Positions 21,336-31,856 of a stretch of 64,000 nt of DNA are shown in pieces. The translations under genes were made by a program, and so were the position numbers. Position 1 is the first letter of the stretch. Each line of letters begins with the position of its first letter. This stretch comes from Polyangiaceae bacterium (lineage in GTDB: Bacteria > Myxococcota_A > Polyangia > Polyangiales > Polyangiaceae), in NCBI GenBank assembly GCA_033763455.1, contig JANRKO010000033.1, positions 198,002 to 262,001 of the forward strand, in the 5' to 3' direction. The notes below the pieces were generated by a model. The model was not told the origin of the DNA, ran no database searches, and saw nothing but the letters and a program-made list of their open reading frames with translations.

Positions 21336-22889
21336 TCAACGGCTCTTCTTGCCTAAAAGCTTGTTCCAAAGCGCAGTTTCCGCGGCAGCTGCGCCCTTGC
21401 CCACGCTCGGAGAGCCGGCTTTTCGAATCTCGGCATACGCTACCTCGTTCGCCTCCGCCACCAACTCAAAACTTACAAAGCCCTCCACGGCGAGAACCCT
21501 GAAAACTTGCATTTCAGGCGCTGCATGCTGACGCAACAGCCGCTCCTCTACGGGTGAAAGCTCTTGCGGCCTCCCCATCTGTACCCACGTCTCCCACGCG
21601 CTCCCGGCGCCCGCTCGGATCCGCTCAACCACCACGAGGTGCTCCCCGGGGCCGTGAGCCGGCACACTCACCCTCTCTCGAAGCTCAGGTTGCTCCAACA
21701 CTTCTAGAGGCTTGTGGTTACTCGCAATCACGTGAGTTGCCGTAGCATCTCGCGTCGCGCACAGCACGTGTTCAGGGTGCCTCGATGATCCCGACGCAAG
21801 CCGTAAGCGGGGCCCACGCAGCCGACTCATCAAGAGGAAAGCGTTAAACGATGCTTTGGGGATCCCATGAACCGTAAGGAGCCCGTAGGTGCAAGAATAG
21901 GGACTCAAAGGGAAGCCTACTTCTTCGAAGATATCGCTCACTACCCAGAAGAAGAAGGAATCTGCGGCACTATCAAGGGCAAGGCAATTTTCAACGATAA
22001 AGGAGGCCGCAAATAAATTATCGTTCGTCGGGTTCTCCACGCAGCTCACCGACATGCCGGCATCCGCAGACATGGCGTTCCACTCGGTCCAATGCAGCTC
22101 AAGCTCTGGGTAGGCAGAAGCCTTGATTTTGGCCTGTGCTTCGAGCGCCGTGGTCCGAAAAAAAGTTCCGGGAGAGTAGGGGCTCGTGCCAGGCTCGCTG
22201 AACTCCACGTATTCATCTTGCGGGTAGAGGTGTGTGGAAACAAAGTCGAGCGGCACCTCGTTCTTGGCGCAGTAGTCGATAAATTCCGTGATCCAGCGAG
22301 CTTGGCTCGAAGCTGGGCCACCCACTCGCAGCTGAGAATCGGCGCGCCGCAAGCCGTGCGCTGACGCGCGGTACAACTCAAAGTACTCAGCTTGGCTGCC
22401 CGACCAAAAGCAGTCCAAGTTGGGCTCATTCCACACCTCAAAATACCAACTACGCACCTCCTCGACCCCGTAGCGGCCCATGCAGTGCAGGGCGAAAGCG
22501 TACGCCAGCTCCTCCCACTCTCTATAATCCTTCGGAGGTGTGACGTTCATCTGATAGAAGAACATCTTCTGCTCACCCGAAGCGAGCGCGCTCGGCATAG
22601 GGTTCAGCTCTACAAATGGCTTTAGCCCCATGCTCAACAGCGCATCAAACACTTTGTCCACATGCTGCCACTGATAGACAACCTGGCCCGCCGCCGTTCG
22701 CTGGACCACCGCCATATCATCGTGGAAAATCCCATGAAATCGACAGTATTTGAACCCAATCTCTGCCTGTGCGCGGCGCAAATGGGAAAGTAGATCTTCC
22801 CTCAGAAGTTCGTAAGCGCGCCCCACGGCAATGCCCTTCTTCCATGGCATTCGGAGCGGTAAACCTGTGGCGTCGATTTCAAAGCGCAT
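21336..22889 (-). CDS. Glycoside hydrolase family 39 (beta-xylosidase-like)
   Basis: GFKYCRFHGIFHDDM, acid/base WNEP, STHLY and nucleophile TEWN. Start at MRFEID (22889) or 22907, not 23120. Confidence 0.9.
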   Translation of the reverse strand: MRFEIDATGLPLRMPWKKGIAVGRAYELLREDLLSHLRRAQAEIGFKYCRFHGIFHDDMAVVQRTAAGQVVYQWQHVDKVFDALLSMGLKPFVELNPMPSALASGEQKMFFYQMNVTPPKDYREWEELAYAFALHCMGRYGVEEVRSWYFEVWNEPNLDCFWSGSQAEYFELYRASAHGLRRADSQLRVGGPASSQARWITEFIDYCAKNEVPLDFVSTHLYPQDEYVEFSEPGTSPYSPGTFFRTTALEAQAKIKASAYPELELHWTEWNAMSADAGMSVSCVENPTNDNLFAASFIVENCLALDSAADSFFFWVVSDIFEEVGFPLSPYSCTYGLLTVHGIPKASFNAFLLMSRLRGPRLRLASGSSRHPEHVLCATRDATATHVIASNHKPLEVLEQPELRERVSVPAHGPGEHLVVVERIRAGAGSAWETWVQMGRPQELSPVEERLLRQHAAPEMQVFRVLAVEGFVSFELVAEANEVAYAEIRKAGSPSVGKGAAAAETALWNKLLGKKSR

Positions 22890-23084
22890 GGGGGAGACTC
22901 CTTGCATGTAGTGGCACGGCGCAGGTGACTCTAGAATGTCAGGCTCCTCGGGCCACGCAGAGTTCCGCCAATCGCGTTCATATTTACGTCGATCCCAAGC
23001 GACTGTTGGGGTCGGGGCCCTGATGGCTTTGAAGGGCCCTTGAAAGAGTGGCCGAAAGCTCAGAGGGCCATTCTGAAATAAACC

Positions 23085-23282
23085 CGGCACATCTTCTTCA
23101 GGGATTATTTGTGTAGCCACCCCCTGCTTGCCACCGAGTACCAGAGCCTAAAGGAAGACCTGCAAGTCAAATTCGATGGAGACCGCCACAAGTATCAGAA
23201 CGGGAAGTCTGCCTTCTGCGATAGAATCCTAGCTCATCTAAGGATGGATTTCTCGAACCCCAGCGAAGAGGATGTGGTGTAG
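23085..23282 (+). pseudogene. C-terminal remnant of a GrpB-family protein
   Basis: RHIFFRDY, a +1 frameshift in a T-run, then LCSHPLLATEYQSLKEDLQVKFDGDRHKYQNGKSAFCDRIL; matches the GrpB FRDYL..Y..LK..Y..K..F pattern. Confidence 0.7.
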
Positions 23283-23516
23283 GAGCCTCGCTGTCACCCC
23301 ACACATCAACCCCGACGGTTAGGAACAATGGGGGAGAGTTCGCCGTTCCGGGTGTGGCTGCCGCTCCCGGAGTCCTCCGGCCAAGATGCCCTAACGTCAG
23401 ATCGCCCCCTTGACGGTTGCTTGAAGCGATTTAGGTTTCGTTCAACGTTCAGTCACCAGTTTCTTTGAACCGCGCTTCGGACTCCCTTGGCCCGAACGGT
23501 TAACGAAAGGCTCTTA

Positions 23517-25910
23517 ATGTCCACTCTCCGTGATGGCGCACCCCTCCCCCAAAATCCCTTCCCCGTCATCGCACTACGCTCCGGCGTTGTATTCCCGGGC
23601 ACCACGTTGACGCTCACAGTGGGGCGCCCAAGCTCCATCGCGCTCATTCGGCGCCTGCATATTGGGGACGTGATCGGCGTCGCCACGCAGCACTCGGCCA
23701 ATACCGTGGAGCCACACGCGAGCGATCTTTACCAAACGGGAAGCTTCGCCAAAGTGGTCCAAATTGTTCGCCAGAGCGACACGCGATTTCAAGTTGCGTT
23801 GGAGGGCCTCGGGCGCGCCTCGTTTTCCGAGTTCGTGGAAGATGGGCCATTCTTGCGCGCCAATGGTGAGCTCTTACCAGAAGTGCACGGTGACACCCCG
23901 GAGGCTGAGCTTTGGGCTGAGCAGTTGCGCGAGAAGGTCGGGCAAACGCTGAACCACGCGGGCGGTGCGTTGGAGGAGCATAATCTGAAGGCTTTGAGCC
24001 CTTCGGAAGCCGCTGATCGTGTGGCTTCGGTGCTACCCATCGAGACCGAGCAAACGGTAGCCGTGCTGGCGGAGGCACGCGTGCCGGAACGCGTGCAGAA
24101 GGTGCTTTCGCTGCTCAACGAGGCGCAGGTGCGCTCCGAGCTCAAGGCCAAGATCGAAAAGGATGTGCGCGAGCAGTTTGGCAAACATCAGCGCGATGCC
24201 GTGCTGCGAGAGCAACTCAAGGCGATCAAAAAGGAACTCGGAGAAAAAGAGGGCGATGACGTAGAAGCCCTGCGCCAGAAGTTTGAAGCCAAAAACCCTC
24301 CCGCCGAGATCAAGGAGGCTTTCGAGAAAGAGCTCGGCCGTTTGGACTCTGCACAGGGGCCAGAAGCCGGAGTGATCCGCAACTATCTGGATTGGCTTTC
24401 GGAGCTCCCTTGGAACGTGCGCGCTGAGACCCAAGACGATTTGGATGCTCTCTCAGCGCAGCTGGATCGAGATCACACGGGCCTCGAAGATGTGAAGAAG
24501 CGCATCTTGGAGCACATGGCTGTGCTGAAGCTCTCTGGCAACAAGAAGGGAACTATCTTGTGCCTGGTGGGGCCCCCAGGTGTCGGCAAAACGTCGCTTG
24601 GTGAGTCTATTGCCGAGGCGACTGGTAGGCCTTTTGCACGAGTGGCGTTGGGGGGCGTGCGGGATGAAGCAGAGATCCGCGGGCACCGCCGCACGTATGT
24701 GGGCGCATTGCCAGGCCGCTTGATCCACGCGCTGCGTAAGGTGAAAGCGAAAAATCCTGTAATCTTGCTCGATGAGATCGACAAGCTTTCCGCGGGCTAC
24801 TCGGGCTCACCCGAAGCTGCGTTGCTGGAGGTTCTCGACCCCGAGCAGAACCACACGTTCTCCGATCACTACGTGGAGCTACCGTTTGATCTGAGTGAGG
24901 TGCTATTTGTCTGCACCGCGAACACCTTGGAAACCATCGCGGCGCCCCTTCGAGATCGCTTGGAGATTGTGGAGCTGAATGGCTACACGCCCGAAGAAAA
25001 GCGGCAAATCGCCCGCAAGCATTTGATTTCGAAGCGCATCACGGAAAGTGGCGTACCCGAAAACACTCTGCTCATTACTGACGGTGCGTTGGATGCAATC
25101 ATCACTCGGTACACGCGTGAGGCTGGTGTGCGCCAATTGAGCCGGGAGCTGATGCGGTTGATCCGTTCGGTGGCCTTGCAGGTTGCGCGTCACCACGGTG
25201 ACGAGCCGCTCAAGCTCACGGTGGATGCCGATCAAGTGAAGGAATATCTCGGCAAAGCGCGTTTCGAAACGGAGCTCTCCGAAGGCCCACAAACGCCCGG
25301 TATCGCTACCGGCCTAGCCTGGACCCCCTTTGGCGGCGACATTCTGTTCATTGAAACTTCAAAAATGCCTGGCAAAGGGCGCGTAGAAATCACGGGCCAG
25401 CTGGGCGATGTGATGAAAGAGTCGGCGCGCGCGGCACTGAGCTTTGTGAAGAGCCACACGGATTCTCTGGGAATTTCAGCGGACGCCGTGGATCAGTTCG
25501 ACCTGCATATTCACGTGCCCGCCGGAGGCGTTCCCAAAGATGGCCCATCTGCAGGCGTCACCATCTTCACGGCGCTCGTTTCCCTGCTCACCGATCGTTT
25601 GGTTCGCTCCGATACGGCAATGACCGGCGAGTGTACTTTAAGGGGTCGTGTGTTGCCGGTAGGCGGCATCAAGGCGAAGGTCCTGGCGGCGCACCGTTCG
25701 GGCTTGCGAAGAGTTATTCTGCCGAAGAAAAATGCTCGTGACCTCGAGGATCTGCCTCCCACTATTCTGGCCGAAATGGAGGTCATCTTGGCTGAAGACA
25801 TGACGGAGGTGCTCGCGGCAGCGCTCGAGGCAACTCCACATTCGGGCAAGCCCCTGCGCGCGCCCGAAGCCGCGCCACCGGAAACACCGATGGCGGACAT
25901 TGGAGCCTAA
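23517..25910 (+). CDS. lon: Endopeptidase La (Lon protease)
   Basis: GPPGVGKT, RGHRRTYVGA, LLDEIDK, PKDGPSAG (catalytic Ser) and GGIKAK (catalytic Lys). Confidence 0.97.
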   Translation: MSTLRDGAPLPQNPFPVIALRSGVVFPGTTLTLTVGRPSSIALIRRLHIGDVIGVATQHSANTVEPHASDLYQTGSFAKVVQIVRQSDTRFQVALEGLGRASFSEFVEDGPFLRANGELLPEVHGDTPEAELWAEQLREKVGQTLNHAGGALEEHNLKALSPSEAADRVASVLPIETEQTVAVLAEARVPERVQKVLSLLNEAQVRSELKAKIEKDVREQFGKHQRDAVLREQLKAIKKELGEKEGDDVEALRQKFEAKNPPAEIKEAFEKELGRLDSAQGPEAGVIRNYLDWLSELPWNVRAETQDDLDALSAQLDRDHTGLEDVKKRILEHMAVLKLSGNKKGTILCLVGPPGVGKTSLGESIAEATGRPFARVALGGVRDEAEIRGHRRTYVGALPGRLIHALRKVKAKNPVILLDEIDKLSAGYSGSPEAALLEVLDPEQNHTFSDHYVELPFDLSEVLFVCTANTLETIAAPLRDRLEIVELNGYTPEEKRQIARKHLISKRITESGVPENTLLITDGALDAIITRYTREAGVRQLSRELMRLIRSVALQVARHHGDEPLKLTVDADQVKEYLGKARFETELSEGPQTPGIATGLAWTPFGGDILFIETSKMPGKGRVEITGQLGDVMKESARAALSFVKSHTDSLGISADAVDQFDLHIHVPAGGVPKDGPSAGVTIFTALVSLLTDRLVRSDTAMTGECTLRGRVLPVGGIKAKVLAAHRSGLRRVILPKKNARDLEDLPPTILAEMEVILAEDMTEVLAAALEATPHSGKPLRAPEAAPPETPMADIGA

Positions 25911-26065
25911 GCAGGCGCTGCGCGCGGAATGACCGAAAAGTACTATAGGCGGCACCTTCTTGGCCTAAGAGCACCAAACTATCTTCATAGCTGGGCGATC
26001 AGCTAGCTTGTTGCTACAGGCTCGTGCGCTAGAGTGCGGGTTCCAACCGTTACCGGTTACCCGCT

Positions 26066-26935
26066 ATGACACTCGCACACACCGCAACTGCACACGCCCA
26101 AACTGCAGCCACATCTAGTGCCCAGGCAGCGCTCACAGCCGAGGAGAAGGTTCACTTCGCCGAACGCGGGTACCTCGTGTTGCCAAGCTTCGTGCCTCAA
26201 GAATTCAACGAACAGTTGAGGCCTGAGGTCGATCAATTCTGGGCTGATCAGGCAGCTCCGCCCGATCCCTATGCTCCCAGCGGCTCCCTGAAGAAGCTCC
26301 AACTGGAATACCCAGCACATGGCGAGCTGACTACAGAGCCACGCCTGATGGCCATCATCTCCGAGCTGATGGGCCACACGGAGTTCTCGCTTCACCACCT
26401 GCATACGGCTAAGCACACCGCAGGGTTTCCGGCAGCCAACTGGCATCACGATTACGAGCAGATCCCTCAGACGAACCGCTCGCACTTGATGCTTCACGTC
26501 TTCTTCTATCTGAATGGTCTGAACGGAACGGTGGGCGACCTCTTGCTCATTCCCGGAAGTCAGAAGCGCATCATGGCTCGCAATGCCTTTGAGTTCTGCG
26601 GCACCGAAACGCTGCCGGGCACCGTAGTCATCAATGATGTGCCTCCGGGCACGGCAATTATTGTAAATTCCGCGGTTTTGCACGCACGCCGGCCCCAACC
26701 CGGAGGGGAAGAGCAACCGCGCTACTTCATCGACTCCTCTTACTGCCAGGCCGGCATCAAGTGGCCGTCCTATCCTCACGTGCACCGCCGTATGTTTCAA
26801 CGGGCTAAGGATCTTAACCTGGGGCGCAATGGTCAGTATGATTTCGTGTTCAACATCGACAATTTTTTCGACGATTCCGCCGCTTGGAAGCATCTGGCCG
26901 AGCTGAACCAAGGAAGCCTCATTGAGCAACTCTAA
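26066..26935 (+). CDS. Phytanoyl-CoA dioxygenase (PhyH) family Fe(II)/2OG enzyme
   Basis: FAERGYLV, WHHD (HxD), IPGSQ and distal LHAR. Confidence 0.85.
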   Translation: MTLAHTATAHAQTAATSSAQAALTAEEKVHFAERGYLVLPSFVPQEFNEQLRPEVDQFWADQAAPPDPYAPSGSLKKLQLEYPAHGELTTEPRLMAIISELMGHTEFSLHHLHTAKHTAGFPAANWHHDYEQIPQTNRSHLMLHVFFYLNGLNGTVGDLLLIPGSQKRIMARNAFEFCGTETLPGTVVINDVPPGTAIIVNSAVLHARRPQPGGEEQPRYFIDSSYCQAGIKWPSYPHVHRRMFQRAKDLNLGRNGQYDFVFNIDNFFDDSAAWKHLAELNQGSLIEQL

Positions 26936-27923
26936 AGACGTGAAGCTTCTGCTTGTAACCGGCGCTACTGGCAAGGTGGGGCGGAACTTCATCGAGATGT
27001 TTCTGAAGAGCGCCCCGCATGAATCTTGGCGGGTGCGCGCACTGGTGCACGAACGCCCCTACCCTGCGCACCCACGCGTCGAAAGTGTCCGTGGGAGCAT
27101 TTCTGAGAGGAGCGTTGTGAAGGCCGCCATGAACGGCGTAAGCCACGTGCTTCACCTCGCCACCTGCAAGGAAACACCGGAAGATGTGATGGACGTCACG
27201 GTGAAGGGCCTCTTTTGGCTGCTCGAAGAGGCGCGCATTTCGCCGAAATTTGAGCAATTTATCCTCATCGGCGGGGATGCAGCGCTCGGGCATTTTGTCT
27301 ACCCGCACCCCGTGCCCGTAACCGAAGCGCAAAAATGGAGCGCATACCCCGGCTGCTATGCACTCTCCAAAGTGCTCGAAGAATGCATGCTGGAGCAATA
27401 CTACATTCAATATGGGCTCAATGGCTGTTGCTTGCGAGCTCCTTGGATTATGGAGAAAGACGACTTTAAGTACACGCTTTCTTTTGGGGAAGATGTGTTT
27501 GGGGGCCCCATCTGGCGTAATTTAGTCACCAAAGAGCAAGCGGAAGCGTATTACTCACGCGGAGTGGTGCCCGTCATGCTGGATCCCGAAGGAGCACCCG
27601 TGCAGCGCAATTTCGTGCACGTGAGCGACCTCGCTGCGGCGATCTTAGCCGCGCTGGATCACCCCAAGGTACGGCACCAATGCCTCAATGTTTGCATGGA
27701 TGAGCCCGTGCAGTATCGCCGCGTGGCCGAACACCTCAAAGCCACCCGAGGCTTAGATTCCGTAGATATTCCGACGGCGTACCACTCCACGTGGCTGGAC
27801 AACACCAAGGCAAAGTTCCTCTTGGGTTGGCGCCCCAAGTACGATCTTGCACGCTTGATCGACGACGCGTTCAGCTTTGAGCGCCCCGCAGACGACCCCC
27901 GTAAAACTTGGTACCCAGGCTAG
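26922..27923 (+). CDS. NAD-dependent epimerase/dehydratase
   Basis: VTGATGKVG, YALSK, RNFVHVSD and LLGWRP; overlaps the upstream gene. Confidence 0.9.
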   Translation: MSNSKDVKLLLVTGATGKVGRNFIEMFLKSAPHESWRVRALVHERPYPAHPRVESVRGSISERSVVKAAMNGVSHVLHLATCKETPEDVMDVTVKGLFWLLEEARISPKFEQFILIGGDAALGHFVYPHPVPVTEAQKWSAYPGCYALSKVLEECMLEQYYIQYGLNGCCLRAPWIMEKDDFKYTLSFGEDVFGGPIWRNLVTKEQAEAYYSRGVVPVMLDPEGAPVQRNFVHVSDLAAAILAALDHPKVRHQCLNVCMDEPVQYRRVAEHLKATRGLDSVDIPTAYHSTWLDNTKAKFLLGWRPKYDLARLIDDAFSFERPADDPRKTWYPG

Positions 27924-28054
27924 GCCCCATCAATCGCTATTCCGAATAGCTCGCACATCACGCGCGAGAGGTGCTTCGCCGCGTTTCAAGATCTGTGCAC
28001 GGTGGCTTCTTGCGAATTCTGAGGTCAGATAAGATTGTCTGCAGCCTCCGGAGA

Positions 28055-29434
28055 TCACCACGGAGGCGGAATACTTCCAAGGCCAACATGTTTGGCTAGC
28101 TCCCCCAGCCACGCCGGCCGTAGGAGCCCTGCGGCCACAATGCCGAGCCAACCAGCGGCAACCAAGGTGTTGCCGCGCCGCACCCCGAAGCGTTCGGGCA
28201 ACTTGGAGAGCACCCACGAGAGCAACAGTGTTGTCCCCATTACGCCAATGAAACACTTGTAAGAAAGCAGAGGCACACTCAAGTAGGGCCGATACTTGAT
28301 CAGCATGTGGGTGGACGCACCAAATAGGACCATGAGGGAGCAAAAGAGCGGAACAACCTGGTCGACACTCGGGTACGAACCGTGCGCCCTGCGAAATGCG
28401 CGACGAAGAAACTGTGCGAAGAGCGCTGCCACCGCTCCGGCCTGAAAGTACCAGAGAAACAGGTGATGTGCGTATGTCAGCTTCTGGTACTCGGCATGAT
28501 ATCCGAATTGCTGGGCGATTATCGTGTCACGGCCTAGATCTATGAGCGAGTTGGACGCGAGTAAGAACGGTGGGAGGTAGTTGGTGAGCGATACGTAGAG
28601 GTACGTCACTAGATTGGAGAGCAAATCCTCAAGGGTGATCACGGCAGCTTTACCCAGCGGAAGTGTGCGAAAATAGCCAACAACAAGCTCTGCCTCTTGG
28701 CCCGGTCGAAGGTGCTCCTGTGCACCACCAAGGGCAACCTTGAGTACCAAGTAGCTGAGCGTTATGGCCGAAGTTGCTATCGCAACAAAACGGAGCCCGG
28801 CCAAGTGCGCAGCGTGCAAGCGACTGCGGTGCACGACAAATGCCCAGGCGAGCGCGGTAGTTAGCGCTGCCAGATAGTCGAGCCACGTCTCGAAGGCCAG
28901 AGCTAGCAGCACCAGGCTCGAGGCGTAAAGTATCCGCACTGAGCTTCTAGCGGGGTGCCGCCATAGGAGCACCAGCGAGAGTAGATTGAGCTGCAACCAG
29001 ATAGACATTGGAAGCAGGGAAGCGCAACCGCTGTTAACCAACGCATAGTCAAACTGCGATCCGAAAGCCATGCAGATGGTTGCGGTCACGGTAAAAACAG
29101 CCGAGCGGAAGGCTACCCACGAACACACAAAGACGCTGACCACATTGGCCAGGCTCCAGCACAGGTAAGACACCTTGGCCCCAACCAGAAGATCGAGAGC
29201 GCTCACCGGCACGAGGCCTGTGGTGGACCAGCGCCAGGCATCCCCACCGGGGGCATTGGAGACGCGCAGCGGGAGTAGGAGCTGCCAGGGTCGCGATAGC
29301 GCGTCGGGGGGCAACGGCAGGAACGTGGTGAGAGTCGCCGAGTGGACCTGTAGACCCTTGAGGTAGAGATGAGCCAGGCAGATCGCGACCAGCGCTAGTA
29401 GCAGCCGGCGGGATAGCCGCCGTGAGTTCGCCAT
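28055..29434 (-). CDS. Polytopic membrane protein, possible GT-C-like glycosyltransferase
   Basis: About 10-12 hydrophobic segments and an AFETWLDY motif; divergent from the sugar biosynthesis genes. The function is an inference. Confidence 0.65.
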   Translation of the reverse strand: MANSRRLSRRLLLALVAICLAHLYLKGLQVHSATLTTFLPLPPDALSRPWQLLLPLRVSNAPGGDAWRWSTTGLVPVSALDLLVGAKVSYLCWSLANVVSVFVCSWVAFRSAVFTVTATICMAFGSQFDYALVNSGCASLLPMSIWLQLNLLSLVLLWRHPARSSVRILYASSLVLLALAFETWLDYLAALTTALAWAFVVHRSRLHAAHLAGLRFVAIATSAITLSYLVLKVALGGAQEHLRPGQEAELVVGYFRTLPLGKAAVITLEDLLSNLVTYLYVSLTNYLPPFLLASNSLIDLGRDTIIAQQFGYHAEYQKLTYAHHLFLWYFQAGAVAALFAQFLRRAFRRAHGSYPSVDQVVPLFCSLMVLFGASTHMLIKYRPYLSVPLLSYKCFIGVMGTTLLLSWVLSKLPERFGVRRGNTLVAAGWLGIVAAGLLRPAWLGELAKHVGLGSIPPPW

Positions 29435-29560
29435 GGGCCGGACCCTAGCGCACGCTGGTTTGCACGGTCCATGGGCTACCGCCCCAAGGGAAAATGCATA
29501 CCCCATCAAACAGGCTCCTGTGGGGGGCCGAGAGCTGTGGTACGCGGGGAAGTAACAATA

Positions 29561-30826
29561 ATGCTGAAGACTAGGAAAACGTGTCGCGCTTGCGGGTCCT
29601 CTGCTCTTCTCCCGGTGGTGTCGCTAGGGGAGCAGGAGCTTGCTAGCAACTTTGTGATTTCGAAGGATTTCCCGCCCACAGTGCGCGAGTTGCCGTTGGA
29701 GCTGGTGCGGTGTGCACCCGAAGTCGACGAGAACGCGTGCGGGCTTGTGCAACTCCGGCATACCGTTCCGGGGGACCTGATGTATTCCTCTTACGGTTAC
29801 CGTTCGGGAATTAATCAGACCATGACAGCCCACCTCGGCGGCATTGCGCACGGCCTAGAGGAACGCCTGAACCTTCAACCAGATGATCTTGTCGTTGATA
29901 TCGGAGCTAACGACGGCACGCTCTTGCTCTCCTATCGCAAGCCCGGGTTAAAGCTCGTTGGGTTCGAGCCATCCAACATTCGCCCGCTCGAACCAACGCC
30001 GCAAATCGAATTCATTCGCGACTATTTTTCTGCACTGGGCCTCAAGGAGCGCTGCGGAGATCGCAAAGCCCGGATCGTCACGAGCATTGCGATGTTCTAT
30101 GACCTCGAGGAGCCAAATCGGTTCGTGGCGGATGTAGCGTCCGTATTGGCGAAGGATGGCCTGTGGGTGCTTGAAATGAGCTACCTGCCTTCAATGTTGG
30201 CGAACAATTCTTTCGACACCATCTGCCATGAACACCTGGAATATTACGCCATCGATCCCATCGAACGCATGCTTCACCGCCATAATTTGCGGATCGCGGA
30301 TGCTGAGCTCAACGACGCCAACGGTGGAAGCTTAAGGATCACCGCGTGCCGCGCGGACAGCCCCTTCCGCGAGCATTCCCTCGAAACGCGTTCGAGAATC
30401 TACAGGCTAAAGAAGCAAGAATTTGAGTTGAAGCTGGATACCGCAGAGCCATACCGAGCCTTTGCCGAGAACTCCGAAACAATTCGGCGTGAGCTTCCAG
30501 CGCTGCTGTTGCAGCTGATGAGCGCAGGAAAGAAGATCTATGGGTACGGCGCTTCCACCAAAGGCAACGTCATCCTGCAATACTGCGGGCTCTCCACCGC
30601 TTACCTCACGGCTATTGCTGATCGAAATCCGGCGAAGTGGGGAGGAAATACCGTGGGAAGTGGCATTCCAATCATTTCGGAAGAGGAGATGCGCGCCGCC
30701 AAGCCAGACTACTTGTTGGTGTTGCCATGGCATTTCTTGACCGAGTTTAAGCTGCGCGAATCAGAGTTCCTGGCTCGCGGCGGGCGCTTCATCAGCCCGA
30801 TCCCCAAAGTTACCATCGTTTCTTGA
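29561..30826 (+). CDS. NDP-hexose C-methyltransferase (class I SAM, Zn-binding N-terminus)
   Basis: CRACGS, CGLVQL, YGYRSG, DIGANDG, DTICHEHLEYY, YGASTKG and LPWHF. Confidence 0.92.
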   Translation: MLKTRKTCRACGSSALLPVVSLGEQELASNFVISKDFPPTVRELPLELVRCAPEVDENACGLVQLRHTVPGDLMYSSYGYRSGINQTMTAHLGGIAHGLEERLNLQPDDLVVDIGANDGTLLLSYRKPGLKLVGFEPSNIRPLEPTPQIEFIRDYFSALGLKERCGDRKARIVTSIAMFYDLEEPNRFVADVASVLAKDGLWVLEMSYLPSMLANNSFDTICHEHLEYYAIDPIERMLHRHNLRIADAELNDANGGSLRITACRADSPFREHSLETRSRIYRLKKQEFELKLDTAEPYRAFAENSETIRRELPALLLQLMSAGKKIYGYGASTKGNVILQYCGLSTAYLTAIADRNPAKWGGNTVGSGIPIISEEEMRAAKPDYLLVLPWHFLTEFKLRESEFLARGGRFISPIPKVTIVS

Positions 30827-30836
30827 GGGGGCGGCA

Positions 30837-31778
30837 TTGGCAGTCGCACGTCGCGCACTCATCACGGGTGTTTCAGGGCAAGACGGCTACTACCTCGCGC
30901 GACACCTGCTGGATCGTGGGAGAGAAGTCCTAGGAGTTTCGCGCGGTAGGCCGAGCCACCCTGCAGGTACCCACCGCGTTCTCGATATCTCCGAGCATGC
31001 AAAGCTCCGCGAGCTCATTAGCGAGTTCGCTCCAGATGAGATTTACCACCTTGCAGCCTACCACCGCTCTTCAGCCGCCGGTGTCTCCCTTTCCGAGAAG
31101 GAGGAGGAAGAGCTCTACTTTCGGAACAATATCGAGTCCACGAGGGCACTCCTACGCGCCACCTTAGAACTTAGGCCAAGGTGTCGAATCTTTCTTGCGG
31201 GGTCGTGTCACTTGTTCGGAAATGCGCAGGTGTCGCCGCAAAGCGAAACCACCCCCATTCGCCCCAATAGCCTGTACGGAATCACCAAAGCCAACAATTT
31301 CTGGCTCGGCCAATACTACCGCCAAAGCTTGGGGATGTTCTGCGCAACGGGCATCCTTTACAACCACGAATCCCCCCTGCGTGGCCCAACCTTCGTAACC
31401 ACCAAGATCGCTAGTGCTGCGGCCCGCATCGCGGCTGGCCTCGAGGAGGAGCTGGTCTTGGGAGATCTCGACGCTCAGGTCGATTGGGGTTTCGCGGGTG
31501 ACTACGTGGAAGCCATGGTCCACATGCTGGAGGGTGATGAGCCTGAAGATTTGATAATCGGCAGCGGCGAGCTTCACCGGGTCCGCGACTTCGCCGAGCT
31601 GGCATTCGCCCACGTTGGCCTCGACTGGCGGCTCCATGTGCGGCAAGCCGATGGGCTGCACCACCCCGTGGCCAGGACGGTGTATTTTGGTGACACAACT
31701 CGGATTCGTAAGCGCGGATGGGCCCCACGCGTTCCATTCCCCGAGTTGGTTCGCCAAATGGTAGACGCTCACAGGTAG
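30837..31778 (+). CDS. gmd: GDP-mannose 4,6-dehydratase-like protein
   Basis: ITGVSGQDGYYLA, PDEIYHLAA, YGITK, LYNHESPLRG..FVT.KI and DWGFAGDYV. Confidence 0.8.
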   Translation: MAVARRALITGVSGQDGYYLARHLLDRGREVLGVSRGRPSHPAGTHRVLDISEHAKLRELISEFAPDEIYHLAAYHRSSAAGVSLSEKEEEELYFRNNIESTRALLRATLELRPRCRIFLAGSCHLFGNAQVSPQSETTPIRPNSLYGITKANNFWLGQYYRQSLGMFCATGILYNHESPLRGPTFVTTKIASAAARIAAGLEEELVLGDLDAQVDWGFAGDYVEAMVHMLEGDEPEDLIIGSGELHRVRDFAELAFAHVGLDWRLHVRQADGLHHPVARTVYFGDTTRIRKRGWAPRVPFPELVRQMVDAHR

Positions 31779-31856
31779 CCAACCATACCCACCTCAGGCT
31801 ATGTGGTCCCGAAGCGGGCGCAGCAATTAGCCCTAAAGCGCGCGAGACGTCAAAAA

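Noticed and set aside
23025..23075. CTGATG...GAAA hairpin resembling a hammerhead ribozyme
   Set aside because: The core reads CTGATGG rather than CTGATGA and the three-stem geometry could not be built by eye; an Rfam scan would settle it.
23315..23420. attC-like GTTAGG...CCTAAC boxes near the grpB remnant
   Set aside because: Box order and length do not fit an attC site, and there is no integron integrase in the window.
26057..26992. 311-aa antisense ORF and similar long shadow ORFs
   Set aside because: They lie opposite well-supported genes and are expected in GC-rich DNA.
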